Assembly: GCA_963768055.1 (NCBI GenBank)
Contig: CAVYGN010000002.1
Span: forward strand, 1,440,001-1,504,000
DNA length: 64,000 nt
Reading direction: 5' to 3'
Source: an uncultured Spirochaetota bacterium
GTDB taxonomy: Bacteria > Spirochaetota > Brevinematia > Brevinematales > JAOACQ01
Shown: piece by piece, positions 58,449-64,000 of the stretch
Layout of the letters: each line of letters starts with the position of its first letter
Position numbering within the stretch: the stretch's first letter is position 1
Program-made: the position numbers and the translations under genes
Notes under the pieces: generated by a model
Told to the model about the DNA's origin: nothing
The model's input: only the letters and a program-made list of their open reading frames with translations
The model's database searches: none

Positions 58449-58652
58449 TCATAATTTATTATTCTGTCTGGCATCTTCAAGGGCATCTATAATTTCCTGA
58501 AGAGTATATTTTCTAAAATTCAGTGGGATTGTTTTAATATAATCAAGAATCATCGAGGGCTTTACCAGGTCCTTTATAATGCCGGGAAGTCCGCCTAAAG
58601 AATTCTTCATTAAGGTCAATAACGATTCCTTATCCGCGGATGATAAAGCCAT
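58449..58652 (-). CDS. Small hypothetical protein (67 aa)
   Basis: Fills the gap between co-oriented genes; GGGGGA RBS. Confidence 0.6.
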   Translation of the reverse strand: MALSSADKESLLTLMKNSLGGLPGIIKDLVKPSMILDYIKTIPLNFRKYTLQEIIDALEDARQNNKL

Positions 58653-58677
58653 GACTATTCCCCCCTAATTTCAAGCA

Positions 58678-60156
58678 TCAACTTAGCATATTCTTATAGA
58701 GTTCGCAGTATTTTTTAGCCGCCTTTTCCCAGGACCAGTCGTCTTTCATTGCGTTTTCGATCATTACAGCCCATTTTTCAGGTTCATTTTTGTATGTATT
58801 GATCGCTTTATTAAGAGTGCTGAGGAATTCATCGGGGCTGTATGATGAAAAGACAAAGCCGGTTTTACCGTCCCTTACGGTATCGGCAAGACCTCCAGTA
58901 TTTCTCACAACCGGTATGGTGCCGTATTTAAGGCTATAGAGCTGGTTAAGACCGCATGGTTCGAATCTTGAAGGCATCAGGAAAATATCCGCCGCTGATT
59001 CAATATAATGGGAAAGAGGAATATTGAAATCAATAAATACAGCCGTTTGTTTCGGGTACCTTTCCTCTATACTTTTAAGTCTTTCCTCATACTCGTTCTT
59101 GCCGGTACCCAATATAGTAAAATATACACCCGTTTTTAAAATATCATCGATGATCTCAAAAATAAGATCAAAACCCTTCTGGTCGACTAATCTTGAGACC
59201 ATGCCAAGGAGCGGTACATCAGGATTTGCATCCGCCAGGCCGCTGTCTCTCAAGAACATTCCCTTTATCTTCTTTTTGTCGCCGATCGTATTTATATTGT
59301 AGGTAATATTATATTTATTTTTGAGATGAATGTCGCTATCCGGATTCCATTCCTTGTAATCGGCTCCGTTTACAATACCTATTAATTTATTCTGGGAGAA
59401 TTTAATCTTGAGGATGCCTTCAAGGCCATTGCCGAACTCCGACGTCTGAATTTCATGAGCATAAGTTTCGCTGACTGTGACGATCATGTCGGAAAAAACT
59501 ATACCGCCCTTTAACAGGTTGAGATGCCCGTAATACTCAAGTTCGTTGACGGAAAAGTATTTCCAGTCAAGGCCTGTGATAGTGAACTGTTCGACCGGGA
59601 ATATTCCCTGGTAAGACAGGTTATGGATAGAATATACGGAGTAAGTATTTTTAAAAAATGAATCAAGCTTATACAGGGTTTTCAGATAGACTGGAACCAG
59701 ACCGGTCTGCCAATCATTGCATTGAATGATATCCGGTTTGAAATCACAGGCCTTAGCGCACTCAAGGACCGCTTTACAAAAGAATACGAAACGCTCCAGA
59801 CTGTCGCTATAATCTGTACGCGTCTTACCGTCCATATATATGCCGTCGCGCTTGAAATAAAACGGGTTATCGATGAAATAGTAGATAACTCCGTCATAAA
59901 TAATCTGGTCCACGCTGCCTTTAATATCATTGTCTTCGACCTGAACGGAAACTGCGGTGGTTTTTTCGATTTTGATATTATTCTTATCCAAATAATCATA
60001 TACGACGGTATATTTGGGAATAATTATCCTGACTTCCACGCCGTTCTTACTGATCTCGTTTCCGAGCGCACCGACTACATCAGCTAATCCGCCTACCTTG
60101 GCAAATGGAACGGCTTCACTGGATACCATTAAAACCTTGATTTTTTCATTTGGCAT
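58678..60156 (-). CDS. glgA: Glycogen synthase
   Basis: KVGGLADV, NDWQTG, IHNLSYQG, SRLVDQKG, MPSRFEPCGLNQ; ATG 60156 after GGAGG. Confidence 0.95.
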   Translation of the reverse strand: MPNEKIKVLMVSSEAVPFAKVGGLADVVGALGNEISKNGVEVRIIIPKYTVVYDYLDKNNIKIEKTTAVSVQVEDNDIKGSVDQIIYDGVIYYFIDNPFYFKRDGIYMDGKTRTDYSDSLERFVFFCKAVLECAKACDFKPDIIQCNDWQTGLVPVYLKTLYKLDSFFKNTYSVYSIHNLSYQGIFPVEQFTITGLDWKYFSVNELEYYGHLNLLKGGIVFSDMIVTVSETYAHEIQTSEFGNGLEGILKIKFSQNKLIGIVNGADYKEWNPDSDIHLKNKYNITYNINTIGDKKKIKGMFLRDSGLADANPDVPLLGMVSRLVDQKGFDLIFEIIDDILKTGVYFTILGTGKNEYEERLKSIEERYPKQTAVFIDFNIPLSHYIESAADIFLMPSRFEPCGLNQLYSLKYGTIPVVRNTGGLADTVRDGKTGFVFSSYSPDEFLSTLNKAINTYKNEPEKWAVMIENAMKDDWSWEKAAKKYCELYKNMLS

Positions 60157-60313
60157 TACGAGCCTCCGACAATCGATAAATAAGCAGTTCCAATACTTAT
60201 TTATCAAAAGCCCCTCAGAAAGTTGAACTTGAAATTAACAAGGTTATTTAACTAAATACGAGTTTTACAATCAATAGCTTAAAGGAAATATCTGAAAAGT
60301 CAAGTTATAAGTA

Positions 60314-60355
60314 ACGAATTACGAATGTCGAAGTGCGAGGTGCGAAGTTTGAAGT
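60314..60355 (+). repeat. Degenerate 7-nt tandem repeat (6 units)
   Basis: ACGAATT ACGAATG TCGAAGT GCGAGGT GCGAAGT TTGAAGT. Confidence 0.65.
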
Positions 60356-60356
60356 T

Positions 60357-60430
60357 TGTCATTTCGAGCGAAGCGTTTATCCTGTGGAAGAAATCCTCCA
60401 CAGAGTAGGGGCGGGGTCCTCGAAATGACA
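60357..60430. repeat. REP-like palindromic element
   Basis: Perfect 12-bp inverted repeat TGTCATTTCGAG/CTCGAAATGACA with inner hairpin CTGTGGA/TCCACAG. Confidence 0.75.
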
Positions 60431-60571
60431 TAGTTAGCTAAATTACCCCAAATATACTGTGGTTTCATCTCGTAAGATTGATATAACTAAACAAAAACAT
60501 TAAAATAATAGAAACGTAATCATAAAAAGTGACTTAGAGATTATAGCGTCTCCATGTTAAAAGGAAACTTT

Positions 60572-61303
60572 ATGAAATTCTTTATCATAAGCGACATTCA
60601 TTCGAATTATGATGCCCTTATGTCTTTTATGGAGTTTATTAAACCGAACTATGAACCTGGCGATGTAATGGCCTGCCTGGGCGATATCATCGGCTATGGG
60701 CCGAACCCTTCGGAATGTATCTCTTTTGTAAGGGAGAAATGCGATTATATTATATCGGGCAACCATGAAAGGATGCTCCTGGATAAGCAAATGAGGGAAT
60801 TCGCTAATGATAGAGCCCAGAGGGCAATAGAATGGACGGACAGAAAACTCAGCAATGAAGATAAATCCTTCCTTGCCGCACTTCCTTCAATGATAGATGT
60901 TGAAGGCAGAATGCTCCTTGCCCATGGTTCTCCGGGCGATCCTGACGCTTATATATTGAGGCATTCGCAGGCGCTTTCGGCAATATCAACGCTCAGAACT
61001 ATGAAGCGTTTTATTTGTTTTTTCGGGCATTCTCATTTGCCAGGGATCATTGATGAAAACGGGGCTTTTGATTATAAAGCCGAAAAGAAAGTCATTCTCC
61101 AGCCGTCTCACTATTATCTTATAAATCCGGGAAGTATAGGGCAGCCGAGGGACAGGGACAGCAGGGGCTCATTCTGCATTCTTGACGAGGATATGGGCCT
61201 TACATTCTTCAGGTTCACTTACGACATCGACAGGGTCTATGAAAAGATAAAAGAAGAGGGGATTCCGTCAGAACTGGGGGAAAGGCTCTATTACGGGGTG
61301 TAA
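60572..61303 (+). CDS. Calcineurin-like metallophosphoesterase
   Basis: ISDIHSN, LGDIIGYGP, GNHE, HGSP, FGHSH, NPGSIGQPRD. Confidence 0.9.
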   Translation: MKFFIISDIHSNYDALMSFMEFIKPNYEPGDVMACLGDIIGYGPNPSECISFVREKCDYIISGNHERMLLDKQMREFANDRAQRAIEWTDRKLSNEDKSFLAALPSMIDVEGRMLLAHGSPGDPDAYILRHSQALSAISTLRTMKRFICFFGHSHLPGIIDENGAFDYKAEKKVILQPSHYYLINPGSIGQPRDRDSRGSFCILDEDMGLTFFRFTYDIDRVYEKIKEEGIPSELGERLYYGV

Positions 61304-61330
61304 GGGGTAAAATATTTTAAGGAGCATATC

Positions 61331-62527
61331 ATGAAAATAGTTCTTGCATATTCCGGCGGGCTGGACACTTCAGTGATCCTTGCCTGGCTTAAAGAAAAAT
61401 ACGATGCCGAGATCATTGCCTTTGTGGCCGACCTGGGCCAGGTTGAAGATTTCGGGGCTGTGAGGGAAAAAGCCTTAAAAACAGGTGCGGCCAAGGTCTA
61501 TATCGAGAATTTGAAAGATGAATTTGTCGGGGGAGCCGTATTCAATGCGATTAAAGCTAACGCTGTATACGAAAACAAATACCTCCTGGGAACGGCTCTT
61601 GCCCGTCCGATCATAGCAAAAAGGCAGGTTGAAATAGCACTTAAGGAAAAAGCGGATGCCGTTTCCCATGGAGCGACAGGCAAGGGGAACGACCAGGTAC
61701 GTTTTGAAATGACATACAGGGCGCTGGCCCCCTCCCTCAGGATAATCGCACCCTGGAAAGAGGACGATTTTTTCAAAGCCAGGAACGACTTGATCGATTA
61801 CGCAAAGCTAAAAGGAATTCCCGTACTGGTGACAAAAGAAAAACCTTACAGCATGGACCCGAATCTTATGCATATTTCTTATGAGGGAGGTTTCCTCGAA
61901 GATCCTGCGAACGAATATGAACCAGCTATTCTGCAGATGGGGGTCGATCCAGGGGAAGCTCCCGACAAAGCCGAATATGTTGAAATAGGATTTCTGGATG
62001 GAATTGCGGTTTCCCTTAACGGAAAAAACTTGAAGCCTGCAGAGCTTTTAACCGGAGCGAATGCTATAGCCGGCAGGAATGGTGTAGGCCTTGTCGATCT
62101 TGTCGAAAACCGCCTTGTAGGTATAAAATCCAGGGGTGTTTACCAGACTCCGGGAGGGACTCTCCTGATGGAAGCCCACAGGGCCCTCGAGTCAATCACC
62201 CTTGAAAGGGACACAATGCACTATAAACAGCTTCTCGAGCTCAAGTATGCCGAAATGATTTACAACGGCCAATATTACCATCCCCTTCGCGAGGCGCTCG
62301 AGAAATTCTTTGATGAAACTCAGAAAAATGTATCCGGCACGGTAAAGATGAAGCTTTACAAGGGCAACTGTATCGCAGCCTCGCGCAAATCCGATAATTC
62401 CCTTTACGATATAAATCTGTCAACCTTTGAGAAGGGGGCGGACTATGACCAGAAGGATGCAAAGGGATTCATAAAACTCTTCGGGCTGCCTATGGAGGTG
62501 TATGGAAGAAAGCATTATCAAAAATGA
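61331..62527 (+). CDS. argG: Argininosuccinate synthase
   Basis: LAYSGGLDTS, HGATGKGNDQVRFE, ENRLVGIKSRG. Confidence 0.97.
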   Translation: MKIVLAYSGGLDTSVILAWLKEKYDAEIIAFVADLGQVEDFGAVREKALKTGAAKVYIENLKDEFVGGAVFNAIKANAVYENKYLLGTALARPIIAKRQVEIALKEKADAVSHGATGKGNDQVRFEMTYRALAPSLRIIAPWKEDDFFKARNDLIDYAKLKGIPVLVTKEKPYSMDPNLMHISYEGGFLEDPANEYEPAILQMGVDPGEAPDKAEYVEIGFLDGIAVSLNGKNLKPAELLTGANAIAGRNGVGLVDLVENRLVGIKSRGVYQTPGGTLLMEAHRALESITLERDTMHYKQLLELKYAEMIYNGQYYHPLREALEKFFDETQKNVSGTVKMKLYKGNCIAASRKSDNSLYDINLSTFEKGADYDQKDAKGFIKLFGLPMEVYGRKHYQK

Positions 62528-62552
62528 CCGGCGAAGGTAAATTATAAGCGAC

Positions 62553-63044
62553 CTAAACTTTAAAGTGTTTATTCCATAGCCTGGTTATGTTCCTTCCTTT
62601 GAATAATTTCTTTATATAATGGATTTTTATAACGTTGTCCTGTTCGACAAGATAAGCCTCTCCGATATAAGATACCGGCGCATTATTTTCATTCAGGGTT
62701 ATGCCGAAGGTTATTTTTTTTGCCTGAAGAACTTCGTTTGTTTTATTGGTAATACTCTCGTCAGTAAGGCTGTACGCATAAAGGACATATCCGGAGCCCT
62801 TTAGGCTGATCGATGAAAGTTCATCGTCAAAATCTCCGGAAATAGCCGACATCATTCCCTCTTTATTTTCTTCAGCCTTGAATTTAAAATAGCCCGATAA
62901 GACTTCTTCATATTTATTGATGTTACGGATGTTTTGAAACATCATCCACAAGTAAAAGCCCCCTGCGGCAGCGATCGCGACTGCCAGAACGATGACGTAA
63001 ATCTTCCAGCCGCCTTTTTTAACCCCGTTTTTTTGAACAGCCAT
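62553..63044 (-). CDS. Membrane-anchored hypothetical protein
   Basis: Basic N-terminus followed by a single TM helix. Confidence 0.65.
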   Translation of the reverse strand: MAVQKNGVKKGGWKIYVIVLAVAIAAAGGFYLWMMFQNIRNINKYEEVLSGYFKFKAEENKEGMMSAISGDFDDELSSISLKGSGYVLYAYSLTDESITNKTNEVLQAKKITFGITLNENNAPVSYIGEAYLVEQDNVIKIHYIKKLFKGRNITRLWNKHFKV

Positions 63045-63071
63045 ACCTTCCCCCAGTATCTATTTAATTAA

Positions 63072-63202
63072 GGGCACTTCTAAAAACCGCCTTTTCACGC
63101 CGAGCAAGTCGGCACAAGGGCGGCAAGGTAGTGCCCATAGGGCGGTTTCATTACTATTAGAATATCATTTATTAATAACACAGTTAGTTTTTGGAACCGC
63201 TC
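63072..63202. mobile_element. MITE-like element, copy 5
   Basis: TTAA-GGGCACTTCTAAAAAC to GTTTTTGGAACCGCTC-TTAA; interior colinear with copy 1. Confidence 0.78.
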
Positions 63203-63236
63203 TTAATTATATCATTAAATTTTAGAAAAATAAAGT

Positions 63237-63998
63237 TCAGGCGAATTTTTTCCTGTTCATAAACTCGTCAAAATTACCTATAATTATTATTCCTTTTTTA
63301 TATAGGATGACATTCTCATATTCTTCCTGTATGAGGCTCGTTGAACGGTCGATGGAAACCGAGACACCCCCGTAAATCGATTGCTTCGCTATTATAACCC
63401 TGTCAAGTTCATTATTCACTTTTTCGGCTTCCAGATAAGACTTTTTTTCCTCGTCAAGTTTCGATTTTTTTACAAGGAGTTCATTGTATTGCTTTACTTT
63501 CAATGCCAATTCCTGTTTTTTTTCAAGGGGAAGCGATGTCACCCTGGCTCCTATAATTCTAATTACCTCAATTATTTTCTCGAGCTGGCCGATTTGCCTG
63601 GAAAGGTCTCCATATTCTTTTTCATAATTAATTAAAAAACCGTAGAGGTCAGCCTGCCTGAAGTTTGTCAATTTTACAGATGTGACTTTTTTTTTGGGGT
63701 TTCCGATCATATTGGCTATTATTTCGAGCCCCGCTTCTATTTCTCCGCCTTCAATCCTGCCTTCGCCTTTTTCCATATGGATTGATTTTTTAGCCATAAT
63801 CCTTGAGTCAAAAACGAAATCATTTATAATGATATCCCCGTAAGCCTTTACCGAGGCGTTTTGAACATACTGGGCCTGGACGTTTTCTCCCGCAAAAACG
63901 TTGGAAGAAACACCCCTGATCCCGCCCCTTACAAATACATTGCCGTAGAGAGATTTTATTTTTGAATTAAAAGTGTCGCCTATGATTTCGATGTCCTG
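63237..63998 (-). CDS. FapA/DUF342-family protein, 5'-truncated by the window edge
   Basis: Frame stays open to the window end; beta-helix repeats (AGENVQAQYVQNASVKAYGDIII, IEGGEIEAG) followed by a coiled coil. Confidence 0.75.
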   Translation of the reverse strand, partial: QDIEIIGDTFNSKIKSLYGNVFVRGGIRGVSSNVFAGENVQAQYVQNASVKAYGDIIINDFVFDSRIMAKKSIHMEKGEGRIEGGEIEAGLEIIANMIGNPKKKVTSVKLTNFRQADLYGFLINYEKEYGDLSRQIGQLEKIIEVIRIIGARVTSLPLEKKQELALKVKQYNELLVKKSKLDEEKKSYLEAEKVNNELDRVIIAKQSIYGGVSVSIDRSTSLIQEEYENVILYKKGIIIIGNFDEFMNRKKFA

Positions 63999-64000
63999 GT

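Overview
A 64-kb chromosomal segment of a flagellated diderm bacterium, most likely a free-living spirochaete. The taxonomic call is inferred from the LipL71/LruA-like LysM lipoprotein, FapA and sigma28/sigma54 promoters, not proven. Most of it is housekeeping: gtrB/gtrA, exbB-exbD-tonB divergent from motAB, rplM-rpsI, ppdK, rpmF-plsX-fabG-fabF-rnc-yicC-gmk, cellobiose phosphorylase plus a GH1 beta-glucosidase, aspC-accB-hisF, rpsA, mgsA, ribE, queC, recF, glgA and argG. No rRNA, tRNA, CRISPR array or transposase is visible. Points of interest: (1) a ~90-nt candidate sRNA at 30553-30464 with a near-consensus sigma28 promoter, a hairpin displaying an anti-Shine-Dalgarno loop and its own terminator; (2) an AT-rich putative defence island (DUF6530, PHP-ATPase, degenerate Schlafen/AlbA, AIPR) bracketed by nested degenerate inverted repeats and lacking a recombinase; (3) a LolA-like/beta-barrel/ABC operon with four permeases (A-B-A'-B') behind two promoters carrying TetR-type operators and a Fur-like box; (4) a MITE family that inserts at TTA/TAA, often at stop codons, with modular palindromic interiors; (5) an overlapping queC-DUF366 pair without queD/queE; (6) an exported AGE-family enzyme with an altered active site; (7) apparent Thr-Asn enrichment in exported proteins.
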